From an uncultured Methanosarcinales archaeon (GTDB lineage: Archaea; Nanobdellota; Nanobdellia; Woesearchaeales; SKGA01): a stretch of DNA of 44,913 nt. A program made the position numbers and the translations under genes. The notes beneath the pieces are model-generated. The model did no database searches. It was not told the DNA's origin and saw nothing but the letters and a program-made list of their open reading frames with translations. Positions 19,879-28,721 of this stretch are shown here, piece by piece. Positions within the stretch are counted from its first letter, which is position 1, and every line of letters begins with the position of its first letter. The stretch is taken from NCBI GenBank assembly GCA_964517565.1, contig CAZFEG010000002.1:1-44913 (forward strand). The letters are read 5' to 3'.

Positions 19879-20548
19879 GAGACTATCAAGTCCACGAACG
19901 TGGCCAATTAAGAAGAAAACGTTGACGTTTATTGCTCGGCCTAATCCTGGACCTCATAAACTAGAACACCAAATTCCAATTACTGTGTTTCTAAGAGATC
20001 TCGTTAGTTTAGTTACAACTTCAAAAGAAGTGAAACAAATTTTACATAATAAAGACTGTTTTGTTGATGGCGTAATTTGTCATGATAATAAACGACCTGT
20101 TGGCCTTATGGATGTAGTATCCTTACCTAAAGCTAGTGAGTTTTATAGATTATTAATTAGTAAAAAAAATATGTTATACGCTGTTAAAGTTTCTGAAAAG
20201 GAATCTCAAATGAAAGTTTGTAAAATAGCTAATAAAACATCATTAAAAAAAGGTCTTCAACAACTTAATGCAACCGATGGAAGAAATTTTCTTGTTAAGG
20301 ATGCTAAAAAATACTCTGTTGGCGATTCTGTTCAAATTGAATTAGGTTCACAAAAGATCATTGCTCATTTTCCACTAGTTAAAGGAGCACAAATTTTGCT
20401 AACAAGCGGAAAATATGTTGGACAAGAAGGAGTTTTAGACTCTGTAGATCATAGCACTGCGTTTATTAAAATTGGTGATTCAACAATCACAACATTAAAG
20501 AAATTCGCATTTGTTGTGGGCACATCAAAATCAGTTATTACCCTATAA
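19859..20548 (+). CDS. rps4e: Ribosomal protein eS4
   Basis: HLKRLSSPRTWPIKKK...FLRDLV...GLMDVVSL. Confidence 0.9.
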   Translation: MVKLHLKRLSSPRTWPIKKKTLTFIARPNPGPHKLEHQIPITVFLRDLVSLVTTSKEVKQILHNKDCFVDGVICHDNKRPVGLMDVVSLPKASEFYRLLISKKNMLYAVKVSEKESQMKVCKIANKTSLKKGLQQLNATDGRNFLVKDAKKYSVGDSVQIELGSQKIIAHFPLVKGAQILLTSGKYVGQEGVLDSVDHSTAFIKIGDSTITTLKKFAFVVGTSKSVITL

Positions 20549-20562
20549 GGAGTTAGAAGAAA

Positions 20563-21072
20563 ATGAATAAAATGAGAGAAATTCGAATTGAGAAGCTGAC
20601 GCTAAATATAGGTGCAGGTCGAGACGAGAATGTGCTGAAGAAAGCTCTCAAGCTCCTCAAAAATATTACTGGAATCACACCTGTTCAAACAATCACTAAA
20701 AAACGTTTAGCAGCATGGGGTTTGCGACCAGGTTTACCAATCGGTGCAAAAATCACGATGCGTGGAGACGAAATATATCCTCTTGTTGAACGACTATTAT
20801 TATCAAAAGAAAAAAACGTTAAAAGTTCTTGGTTTGATAATCGTGGTAATGTATCTTTTGGTATTCATGAATATGTAGATATTCCTGATGTTAAATATGA
20901 TACAGAAATTGGTATTATTGGCTTACAAGTTTCAATAACTTTATCTCGTCCTGGTTTCCGTGTGAAAAAACGAAAACTTCGAAAAACAAATGTTGGTAAA
21001 CATCAACAGATTACAAAAGAAGAATCTGTGGCTTTTTTCACAGAGCGATTTTCAATTTCAATGGAGGAATAG
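20563..21072 (+). CDS. rpl5p: Ribosomal protein uL5
   Basis: MREIRIEKLTLNIGAG...GNVSFGIHEYVDIP. Confidence 0.9.
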   Translation: MNKMREIRIEKLTLNIGAGRDENVLKKALKLLKNITGITPVQTITKKRLAAWGLRPGLPIGAKITMRGDEIYPLVERLLLSKEKNVKSSWFDNRGNVSFGIHEYVDIPDVKYDTEIGIIGLQVSITLSRPGFRVKKRKLRKTNVGKHQQITKEESVAFFTERFSISMEE

Positions 21073-21073
21073 A

Positions 21074-21304
21074 ATGACTACTTCAGATCATACAAAAGTA
21101 CTTGTGCAAATAGGTAAAAAACCTGGTAAGTATAAGAAGTATCTTAAGCATAACGTTCCTCGAGAGAGATCTTTCGGAGAATCAACAAAAAAATGTTCAC
21201 ATTGTGGAAGAACTGGCGGGCACATTTCAAAATATGGTTTAAGTATTTGTCGTCAGTGTTTTAGAGATAACGCACTTGAACTTGGTTTCAAAAAATTTAG
21301 TTAG
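21074..21304 (+). CDS. rps14p: Ribosomal protein uS14 (zinc-binding type)
   Basis: CSHCGRTGGHISKYGLSICRQCFRDNALELGFKKFS. I prefer the ATG at 21074, which follows GGAGGA. Confidence 0.85.
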   Translation: MTTSDHTKVLVQIGKKPGKYKKYLKHNVPRERSFGESTKKCSHCGRTGGHISKYGLSICRQCFRDNALELGFKKFS

Positions 21305-21313
21305 AGGAATAAA

Positions 21314-21706
21314 ATGTCATTAAACGATACACTAGCAACTGTCCTGTCGCAAATAAAAAACTCAATTACTGTTGGCAAGTTAACAGTTGTGACAAAATTT
21401 AGTTCAAAACTCATCAAGCAAGTCTTAGAAATCATGCATGAAGAAGGTTACATTGGTGATGTTCAAGAAACAATTGATAGTAAAGGCGATTTTTTAACAA
21501 TACAACTTATCGGTAAATTGAATAGTTGTGGTGTTATTAAACCACGGTTTGCTATAAACCTGGCTGGCTTTGAAAAATTTGAAAAGAGTTATCTTCCTGC
21601 AAAAGGGTTCGGATTTATTATTGTTTCAACAAACAAAGGTTTGATGACGCATGTAAAAGCAAAGGAACAACACCTTGGCGGAAAATTAATTAGTTATTAT
21701 TATTGA
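21314..21706 (+). CDS. rps8p: Ribosomal protein uS8
   Basis: MSLNDTLATVLSQIKNS...IIVSTNKGLMTHVKAKEQHLGGKLISYYY. Confidence 0.9.
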   Translation: MSLNDTLATVLSQIKNSITVGKLTVVTKFSSKLIKQVLEIMHEEGYIGDVQETIDSKGDFLTIQLIGKLNSCGVIKPRFAINLAGFEKFEKSYLPAKGFGFIIVSTNKGLMTHVKAKEQHLGGKLISYYY

Positions 21707-21707
21707 A

Positions 21708-22265
21708 GTGATTATTATGGATACTGGAAAATTACAAGAATCAATTACCCTTCCTGAAGGTGTTACTGCAACTGTTAACAATGCAGACATAACTATTACA
21801 GGATCAGAAGGATCTGTAACAAGAGCATTCTTACATCCCAGAATCAAAATAATATTAAATGATGGTATTGTTATTTTTGATGCATCTAAATCATCAAAAA
21901 ACGAAAAGAAAATTATTAAAACATTCGCTGCTCATTTGAAGAACTTATTCAAAGGAGTTACTGAAGGTCACACTTACAAATTAAAAATTTGTTCAGGACA
22001 CTTTCCAATGAATGTTTCTGTTAAAGGATTAAAATTAGTAGTAAAAAATTTTATTGGAGAAGCTGTTCCAAGAACTTTATTGTTTAAAGAAGGAGCGACT
22101 GTTAAAGTAGAAGGTGACATAATTATTGTTACTGGAATTAATAAAGAAATTGTTGCACAAGCTGCAGCTTCAGTAGAACAACTAACTCGAAGAGTTGGCT
22201 TTGATCGTCGTATATTTCAAGACGGAATCTATATTGTTGAAAAAGACGGTAAATCTCTTTCCTAA
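21708..22265 (+). CDS. rpl6p: Ribosomal protein uL6
   Basis: ITLPEGVTATVNNADITITGSEGSVTR...VGFDRRIFQDGIYI. The start is GTG at 21708 or ATG at 21717. Confidence 0.9.
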   Translation: MIIMDTGKLQESITLPEGVTATVNNADITITGSEGSVTRAFLHPRIKIILNDGIVIFDASKSSKNEKKIIKTFAAHLKNLFKGVTEGHTYKLKICSGHFPMNVSVKGLKLVVKNFIGEAVPRTLLFKEGATVKVEGDIIIVTGINKEIVAQAAASVEQLTRRVGFDRRIFQDGIYIVEKDGKSLS

Positions 22266-22275
22266 GGTGTATGAA

Positions 22276-22869
22276 ATGAATAAACAACTACTCACTATCA
22301 GAAACAAACTCAAGGCATCCATGCCAAAATTCATAAGACATGATGCTCACAAGAAAAAAAGAATTGGTATTTCTTGGAGACGACCACGTGGACGACAAAG
22401 TAAAATGCGTCTTCGATTAAAGAGTTATGCTCGAGCACGTTCAACCGGTTTTGGTTCACCTGTTGCAGTAAAGGGTCTTTCCCGTTCAGGTTTTACACAA
22501 AATGTTGTTGCAAATACTGCTGATTTCAAAGATTTAAATAAAACAACTGATGGCGTAATCATTTCACGAACTGTTGGTATGTTACGAAGAAGTGAGCTTG
22601 TTGATTTTGCTCAAAAAAACGGTTTCAAAACACTTAATATTAGTCCTGACAAATTCAAAAAATCTTTTGAAGCAGTTCTTGCAGCAAAAAAAGAACATAA
22701 AAAAGTTATTTCAAAAAGAAAAGAATCAAAAGAAAAACCAAAATCTAAGAAAGAAGATAAAAAAGGAACTGTTAAAACAACAACTCCTGAAGAATCTGAC
22801 GAAGAAAGTAAAGTTAAAGAAAAACAAGAAAAAGATAAACTACTTACGAAACGATCACAAGGTGACTAG
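22276..22869 (+). CDS. rpl32e: Ribosomal protein eL32 with a long Lys/Glu-rich C-terminal extension
   Basis: PKFIRHDAHKKKRIGISWRRPRGRQSKMR. I prefer the ATG at 22276. About 70 extra charged residues lie at the C-terminus. Confidence 0.85.
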   Translation: MNKQLLTIRNKLKASMPKFIRHDAHKKKRIGISWRRPRGRQSKMRLRLKSYARARSTGFGSPVAVKGLSRSGFTQNVVANTADFKDLNKTTDGVIISRTVGMLRRSELVDFAQKNGFKTLNISPDKFKKSFEAVLAAKKEHKKVISKRKESKEKPKSKKEDKKGTVKTTTPEESDEESKVKEKQEKDKLLTKRSQGD

Positions 22870-22871
22870 TA

Positions 22872-23324
22872 ATGAAGCTTACAGTACAAAAAAGATTAGC
22901 AGCATCGGTGCTTAAATGTTCCAGCAAAAGGGTTCAATTTGTTAGCGAGCGCTTACCAGATATTAAAGAAGCGATAACTAAAGCAGATATTCGCGCACTT
23001 GTTAGTGAAGGATTAATTTCAAAAGTTCAAGAGAAAGGTGTTTCTCGAGTTCGAGCAAAACACAAAGCCGAACAACGAAAAAAGGGTTTACAACGTGGAC
23101 CTGGTAAGAAAAAAGGAAAGAAAACATCTATCGTTTCAAGAAAAGAAACTTGGATGATTAAAATTCGTGCTCAAAGAAATTTTCTTAGCGAGCTTAAGAA
23201 AAAATCTTTACTGAAAGACGGAGCCTATAAGAATTTATATCGTAAATCTAAAGGTGGCTTTTTTAGAAATAAAAGACACATTAAACTTTATTTAAATGAA
23301 CACGGCCTTGGTCGGAAGGAGTAA
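22872..23324 (+). CDS. rpl19e: Ribosomal protein eL19
   Basis: MKLTVQKRLAASVLKCSSKRV...RGPGKKKGKK. Confidence 0.9.
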   Translation: MKLTVQKRLAASVLKCSSKRVQFVSERLPDIKEAITKADIRALVSEGLISKVQEKGVSRVRAKHKAEQRKKGLQRGPGKKKGKKTSIVSRKETWMIKIRAQRNFLSELKKKSLLKDGAYKNLYRKSKGGFFRNKRHIKLYLNEHGLGRKE

Positions 23325-23327
23325 AAA

Positions 23328-23882
23328 ATGGCAAAGAACGCAATTTACACTGTCAAATATCGTCGAAAGAGAGAAGGACGAACAAATTATAAGAAACGTC
23401 TTGAACTCCTTAAGTCAGGTTCACCAAGATTAGTTATTCGTAAATCTAATACTTCAATTACCTTACAATTAGTAATGTATGAATCTGATGGTGATAAAGT
23501 CCTTATAACATATACTTCAAAAAAATTAGAATCTTTCGGTTGGAATTATTCAAAGAAGTCTATTCCTGCATCTTACTTAGCTGGTCTCGCTTTTGCAAAA
23601 CTTGCTCAAGAGAAAAAGGTTACTAATATGATTTTGGATAATGGACTTCAATCATCCCAGTCTGGTTCAAGAGTATATGCTGCACTTAAAGGTGTAGTTG
23701 ATGCTGGTATTAATGTTCCTTGTTCAAAAGAAATTTTTCCATCAGAAGATAGAATTTCAGGGAAACATATTGCTCAACTTGGAAATCAAGAAAAACAATG
23801 TACTGCATATCTTAAAGCAAAACTTTCTGTGGAAAAACTACCAGAAGTGTTTGAAACAGTAAAGAAAAAAATTTTAGGTTAA
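23328..23882 (+). CDS. rpl18p: Ribosomal protein uL18
   Basis: YRRKREGRTNYKKRLELLKSGSPRLVIRKSN. Confidence 0.9.
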   Translation: MAKNAIYTVKYRRKREGRTNYKKRLELLKSGSPRLVIRKSNTSITLQLVMYESDGDKVLITYTSKKLESFGWNYSKKSIPASYLAGLAFAKLAQEKKVTNMILDNGLQSSQSGSRVYAALKGVVDAGINVPCSKEIFPSEDRISGKHIAQLGNQEKQCTAYLKAKLSVEKLPEVFETVKKKILG

Positions 23883-23883
23883 G

Positions 23884-24816
23884 GTGAAACACATGCAATC
23901 AAAAACTCCTCAAAGAAGATCTCAAAAACAAACTCGTAGACCAAATGCTCAATTAGTCCAACCAGAATTCAATAAGGATGCATGGAAGCCTAAAACTGAG
24001 CTTGGTAGAAACGTTAAGTCTGGTGAAATTAAACACATTGACGAAATCTTAGGTTCTGGAAAAAGAATTTTAGAACCAGAAATCATTGATGCTTTATTAA
24101 AAACTGAATCTGAGCTTCTTTTAATCGGTCAAGCGAAAGGTAAATTCGGTGGTGGACAACGAAGAGTATTCCGTCAAACTCAAAAGAAAACTCGAGAAGG
24201 TAACAAACCTAAATTCGCGACTTTTGCTGTTGTTGGAGATAAAAACGGACACGTTGGTGTTGGTTACGGAAAATCCAAAGAAACTGTCCCTGCAAGAGAA
24301 AAAGCATTTAGACAAGCAAAATTAGATATCATTTTAATTCGACGAGGAACAGGTTCCTGGGAAGATCAAAGTACTGAACCTCATTCTATTCCATTCGCTG
24401 TTGAAGGAAAATGTGGTTCATATAAAATTATATTAAAGCCTGCACCTAAAGGTAAAGGTTTAGTTTGTGATAAAGAAGTTGCAAAAATTTTAACATTAGC
24501 TGGAATAAAAAATATTTGGTCACAAAGTTTTGGTCAAACAAAAAACAAAATCAATGTTATTAAAGCTACGATGCAAGCTTTAAGAAGACTATCTACAATG
24601 AGTATTCATGATTCTCATAGAGAAACATTAGCAATTGTCGATGGTTCTCATGGTAAGTCACCTCTAGAAGTAGAAGTGAAACCTGCAGCTCCTAAAAAAA
24701 CAGAATCTTCTGATGCACCTAAAAAAGTTGTTGAAGAAAAAAAACCTGTTAAAAAAGCACCTGCTAAAAAAACTTCTCCAAAGAAACCAAAGGCTGAGGT
24801 GAAGTCAAATGAATAA
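23884..24816 (+). CDS. rps5p: Ribosomal protein uS5 with a Lys/Pro/Ala-rich C-terminal extension
   Basis: FAVVGDKNGHVGVGYGKSKETVPAREKAFRQAK. The tail is KPAAPKKTESSDAPKKVVEEKKPVKKAPAKKTSPKKPK. Confidence 0.9.
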   Translation: MKHMQSKTPQRRSQKQTRRPNAQLVQPEFNKDAWKPKTELGRNVKSGEIKHIDEILGSGKRILEPEIIDALLKTESELLLIGQAKGKFGGGQRRVFRQTQKKTREGNKPKFATFAVVGDKNGHVGVGYGKSKETVPAREKAFRQAKLDIILIRRGTGSWEDQSTEPHSIPFAVEGKCGSYKIILKPAPKGKGLVCDKEVAKILTLAGIKNIWSQSFGQTKNKINVIKATMQALRRLSTMSIHDSHRETLAIVDGSHGKSPLEVEVKPAAPKKTESSDAPKKVVEEKKPVKKAPAKKTSPKKPKAEVKSNE

Positions 24817-25165
24817 ACTTGCAGTTGTCCTTATTAGAGGAATAGTTGGTACTCGTGTTGATACAAGAGATACACTAACTTCATTAAATTTACAAAAAAA
24901 ACATGCTTGTGCTGTTCTTGAAGATAATCTTGTTAATAGAGGAATGTTAAATAAAGTTAAAGATTTTGTAGCATATGGTACAATTTCAGACGAAACATTT
25001 ACTCTTTTAGCTACAAGAAAAAAACACGCAACAAAAAACGTTTTTTTCCTTGCACCGCCCGTTGGTGGTTATGAAAGAAAAGGCATTAAGAAATCTTTTG
25101 TTGTTGGTGGCGCTTTAGGTGACCGAAAAGACGCAATGAATGATTTACTCAAAAAAATGATATAG
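24809..25165 (+). CDS. rpl30p: Ribosomal protein uL30
   Basis: LAVVLIRGIVGTRVDTRDTLTSLNLQKKH, in the expected operon position. Confidence 0.85.
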   Translation: MNKLAVVLIRGIVGTRVDTRDTLTSLNLQKKHACAVLEDNLVNRGMLNKVKDFVAYGTISDETFTLLATRKKHATKNVFFLAPPVGGYERKGIKKSFVVGGALGDRKDAMNDLLKKMI

Positions 25166-25177
25166 AGAGAATAGAGA

Positions 25178-25657
25178 ATGACACTTAACCATCGAAAAAA
25201 AAATTCTAGACATCGCGGATCATGGACTCATAGTTATGGTGAAAAGAAAAAACACCGAGGCGCTGGTAGTCGTGGTGGTAGAGGAAATGCTGGCTCTGGT
25301 AAACGTGGAGATGCAAAGAAACCTAGTTACTGGAAAATTAAAAATTTCGTAGGAAAACATGGTTTCACAAATCCCACAACTAAAGAAACTGTTAATGTTT
25401 CGATTTCACAATTAAACTCTTCAATAGCTGAATTAGTTGCTGATGGAAATGCGATTCAAGAAGCAAAGTCCTATAAAATTAATTTACAAGATTTATCTGT
25501 AGATAAGCTCTTAGGTACTGGTGCTCCTTTATTTGCATACCATATTGTTGTTCAACATGCAACGCCTGGCGCAATTAAGAAAATTGAAGAAAAAGGCGGT
25601 TCTGTTTTGATTGTAGTTAAAGAGAACAAGCTTCTTCCGGCACCTAAGCCAGAGTAA
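25178..25657 (+). CDS. rpl15p: Ribosomal protein uL15
   Basis: HRGAGSRGGRGNAGSGKRG, and it is the last r-protein gene before secY. Confidence 0.9.
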   Translation: MTLNHRKKNSRHRGSWTHSYGEKKKHRGAGSRGGRGNAGSGKRGDAKKPSYWKIKNFVGKHGFTNPTTKETVNVSISQLNSSIAELVADGNAIQEAKSYKINLQDLSVDKLLGTGAPLFAYHIVVQHATPGAIKKIEEKGGSVLIVVKENKLLPAPKPE

Positions 25658-25726
25658 TTGAGTTTTTGTGCAAGACAAAACTTTTTAAACTAGTTGCGTT
25701 ACGTTATATATTATAGGTTAAAGCAG

Positions 25727-27067
25727 ATGTCATTTAAATCATTATTAAAATACATTCCTGAAGTTAAGGGTCCAACACAAAAACACCTTTCTTTCAAACA
25801 GAAGTTGGTTTGGACTGGATTAGTTCTTTTAATATTCTTTATTCTTGGTGCAACTCCTCTTTTCGGTTTAGGAGCTAATGCCCTTTCTCAGTTCGAATTT
25901 TTATCTGTTGTACTTGGTGCAAGTTTTGGTTCTATTGTTTCCTTAGGTATTGGTCCTATTGTTACTGCTTCTATTGTTTTGCAGTTACTTGCAGGTTCTG
26001 GTATCATTAATCTGGATACTTCAACTCATGAAGGAAAAGCAATGTTTCAAGGTGTGCAAAAACTCTTGACAATATTCTTTATTGTTGTAGAAGCAGCGAT
26101 TTATGTTTTAATGGGTGGTCTTTCTCCTGAAGCAGGTGTTCCAGCTATAACTCTCATTGTTCAACTCTTTGTTGGTGGTTTAATAATTGTATTTTTAGAT
26201 GATGTTATTAATAAATGGGGTTTTGGTAGTGGGGTTTCATTATTTATTGCTGCCGGCGTATCTCAGCAAATTTTTATTCAGGCATTAAGTCCTCTCCATC
26301 CTGTTGTTGGTGGCGTTGCAAATACTGATGCATTTGTTGGTGCTGTTCCTCAATTTTTTAACGCTTTAAGTATGGGTGATTCTATTGGTGCAGGTATTGC
26401 TATTGGTGCTGTTATTGCAACACTTACTATTTTTGCTATTGTTGTTTTCGCTCAAGCTATGAAAGTAGAAATACCTCTTTCATTTGGTAGAATACGTGGT
26501 CATGGTATACGTTGGCCTCTTAATTTTATTTATACAAACGTTATTCCTGTAATCTTAGTTTCAGCTTTAGTTGCAAACTTACAATTATTTGGTTCGTTTT
26601 CAAAAAGCGGTTTTATCAATAATATTATTCCTTATCTAAGTAATACTTATCTTTTACAAAAAATCTTTGAAAAAAGCGCGACTTTTATCTTGGTTGTTCA
26701 ATCATTTACATATCTTATATTTTTTATGGGTGCTGCAGTACTATTTAGTTGGTTCTGGATGCAGACTTCAGGTCTTGATCCTAAAGCTCAAGCAAAACAA
26801 ATGATGTCTTCAGGTCTTCAAATTCCCGGTTTTAGAAAAGACGCACGAGTACTTGAACGTTTATTGAAAAAATACATTTTCCCATTAACAGTGATGGGTG
26901 GTTTATTTATTGGTTTCTTAGCTGCAATTGCAGATATGACTGGCGCATTTGGTTCTGGAACTGGTTTATTATTAACCGTTATGATCATTTACAAATTATA
27001 TGAAGATATTGCAAAACATCACATGGAAGATATGAATCCGATGTTGCGTAAGATGATGGGCAAATAA
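25727..27067 (+). CDS. secY: Preprotein translocase subunit SecY
   Basis: It has about 10 TM spans, GIGPIVTASIVLQLL, and the canonical position after uL15. I prefer the ATG at 25727 (MSFKSLLKYIPEV). Confidence 0.95.
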   Translation: MSFKSLLKYIPEVKGPTQKHLSFKQKLVWTGLVLLIFFILGATPLFGLGANALSQFEFLSVVLGASFGSIVSLGIGPIVTASIVLQLLAGSGIINLDTSTHEGKAMFQGVQKLLTIFFIVVEAAIYVLMGGLSPEAGVPAITLIVQLFVGGLIIVFLDDVINKWGFGSGVSLFIAAGVSQQIFIQALSPLHPVVGGVANTDAFVGAVPQFFNALSMGDSIGAGIAIGAVIATLTIFAIVVFAQAMKVEIPLSFGRIRGHGIRWPLNFIYTNVIPVILVSALVANLQLFGSFSKSGFINNIIPYLSNTYLLQKIFEKSATFILVVQSFTYLIFFMGAAVLFSWFWMQTSGLDPKAQAKQMMSSGLQIPGFRKDARVLERLLKKYIFPLTVMGGLFIGFLAAIADMTGAFGSGTGLLLTVMIIYKLYEDIAKHHMEDMNPMLRKMMGK

Positions 27068-27094
27068 TTATTTGCTTTTTTATGAGGTAAAAAA

Positions 27095-27880
27095 ATGTTT
27101 TTAGATACTATTCTTAATCCTGTATTAAATCCTTTATTGTCTTTAGGATCTTTCTGGACTATTCTTATTGTAAGTCTTTTTATTTCATTACTTACTACTG
27201 TTATTTACAAATATGCAACTGATCAACCAGCTTTACGTTCTTTGAAAGCAGATATGAAACGAAAACAAAAGAAAATGTCTGCCCTTAAAGATCAACCAAA
27301 AAAAGCTATGAAAATTCAAAAAGAAGTAATGAAATTAAATGGTCAATATATGAAGGCCTCTTTCAAATCCATGTTGTATACTTTTTTACCAATACTTATT
27401 TTTTTTGGTTGGCTCGGTGCAAACCTGGCGTTCATGCCTCTTTTACCTGGTGTTGATTTTAATCTTACTGCTGATTTCGAATCTACTGTTGATGGTCTCG
27501 TTACTGTTAATCTTCCTGAAGGTTTGTTTTTATCAGATAATCTTTCTAAAACTATTAGTGATTCTTCTGCTACTTGGACTGGAATTTCTGGACCTGAAGG
27601 TACATATGACTTAAGTGTTTTTCATGAGAATTCTGGGGAAGAACAATTCATCTCTGTTCTCATTACTAATGAGCAAGCCTATGTTGAACCAACTCATGTC
27701 TTTTCAGATTCCGATACTTTTTCAAAGATTATTGTTTCTCACGAGAAATTATTAATTTTCAAAGGAATTTTAGTTTTCAAAGATATTCCTTTTGTAAAGA
27801 ATGCTAATTGGTTCTGGTCTTATTTTATTTTCTCAATGTTATTTTCCACAAGTTTGAGAAAAGCCTTCAAATTGGCTTAA
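27095..27880 (+). CDS. DUF106 / EMC3-YidC-like membrane insertase homologue with an extra domain of about 95 aa between the last two TM spans
   Basis: TM1 is followed by a basic coiled region (KADMKRKQKKMSALKDQPKKAMKIQKEVMKLNGQYMKASFK) and then TM2, which is the DUF106 architecture. It sits in the conserved position after secY. Confidence 0.6.
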   Translation: MFLDTILNPVLNPLLSLGSFWTILIVSLFISLLTTVIYKYATDQPALRSLKADMKRKQKKMSALKDQPKKAMKIQKEVMKLNGQYMKASFKSMLYTFLPILIFFGWLGANLAFMPLLPGVDFNLTADFESTVDGLVTVNLPEGLFLSDNLSKTISDSSATWTGISGPEGTYDLSVFHENSGEEQFISVLITNEQAYVEPTHVFSDSDTFSKIIVSHEKLLIFKGILVFKDIPFVKNANWFWSYFIFSMLFSTSLRKAFKLA

Positions 27881-27980
27881 ATGAGTTTTAGGAAGGGCTG
27901 TACATCCTTTCTCTGCTTCCATTTTTTCTTTTGTTTTTCTTTAAGATTTATTTATTTTTTATACGTATCTGAGAACAAGC

Positions 27981-27988
27981 TTTATAAA
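27981..27988 (+). promoter_or_regulatory. TATA box (TTTATAAA) of the rpl34e-rpl14e unit
   Basis: It lies 51-58 nt upstream of the ATG at 28039 and is followed directly by the palindrome GTGAG-T-CTCAC. Confidence 0.45.
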
Positions 27989-28038
27989 GTGAGTCTCACT
28001 TCTTCTCTTTCACTACGAAAGTAGTAGTAGGTGTAAAT

Positions 28039-28305
28039 ATGCCAAGAGGAATGTTTAAATCAAGGACGCTACGGCGGGTCTTCAAAAGAGTACCTAGCGG
28101 TAGCACAAAATTACACTACATTGAAAGAAAACCAAAACAAGCTCATTGTGGACGTTGTGGGTCTATTTTACATGGCTCACCAAGAACAAGACCTATCGAT
28201 ATGAAACGTCTTGCTAAATCTGAGAAACGACCTGAACGACCTTTTGGTGGTGTATTGTGTAGCGCATGTCTTAGAGACATGATAAAAGTAGAAAGTAGAG
28301 AATAG
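28039..28305 (+). CDS. rpl34e: Ribosomal protein eL34
   Basis: FKSRTLRRVFKRVPSGSTKLHYIERKPKQAHCGRCGSILHG. Confidence 0.9.
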   Translation: MPRGMFKSRTLRRVFKRVPSGSTKLHYIERKPKQAHCGRCGSILHGSPRTRPIDMKRLAKSEKRPERPFGGVLCSACLRDMIKVESRE

Positions 28306-28370
28306 GTTTCTAAAACCATCTCTGGGTAAGGGTGACCTGCCCAATTGTAACGAGAAGGAGGCAAATATAT

Positions 28371-28688
28371 ATGGTATTTTCAATCGGTCGAGTTTGTGTT
28401 AAACTTGCAGGACGAGATGCTGGTAAAAAATGTGTTGTTGTTGATATTATTGATGAACGAACTGTTCTTATTGATGGTCAAACACGACGTAAAAACTGTA
28501 ATGTTTTACATTTAGATCCAACTAAATTAGTTCTAGATATTGATAAAGCTGCATCAAGTGAAGTTATCGCTGCTGCTTTTGAAAAAGAAGGTCTTATTGT
28601 TAGTGCTTCAACTAACTCTAAAAAACCATCTGATAGACCTAAAAAATCAAAAACTGTAAAGAATATTGCAAAATCTGAAAAAAAATAA
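28371..28688 (+). CDS. rpl14e: Ribosomal protein eL14
   Basis: The KOW-like N-terminus is IGRVCVKLAGRDAGKKCVVVDIID. The ATG at 28371 is preceded by GAAGGAGG. Confidence 0.85.
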   Translation: MVFSIGRVCVKLAGRDAGKKCVVVDIIDERTVLIDGQTRRKNCNVLHLDPTKLVLDIDKAASSEVIAAAFEKEGLIVSASTNSKKPSDRPKKSKTVKNIAKSEKK

Positions 28689-28721
28689 TTTTTTTAGTAC
28701 TTTTTCTTTTTTTTCTTTTTT

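Noticed and set aside
22574-22915. A 113-aa Lys-rich ORF overlapping the eL32 3' end and the eL19 start
   Set aside because: It is an alternate frame of the A-rich sequence that encodes the eL32 Lys/Glu tail. The in-operon frames account for all the coding signal.
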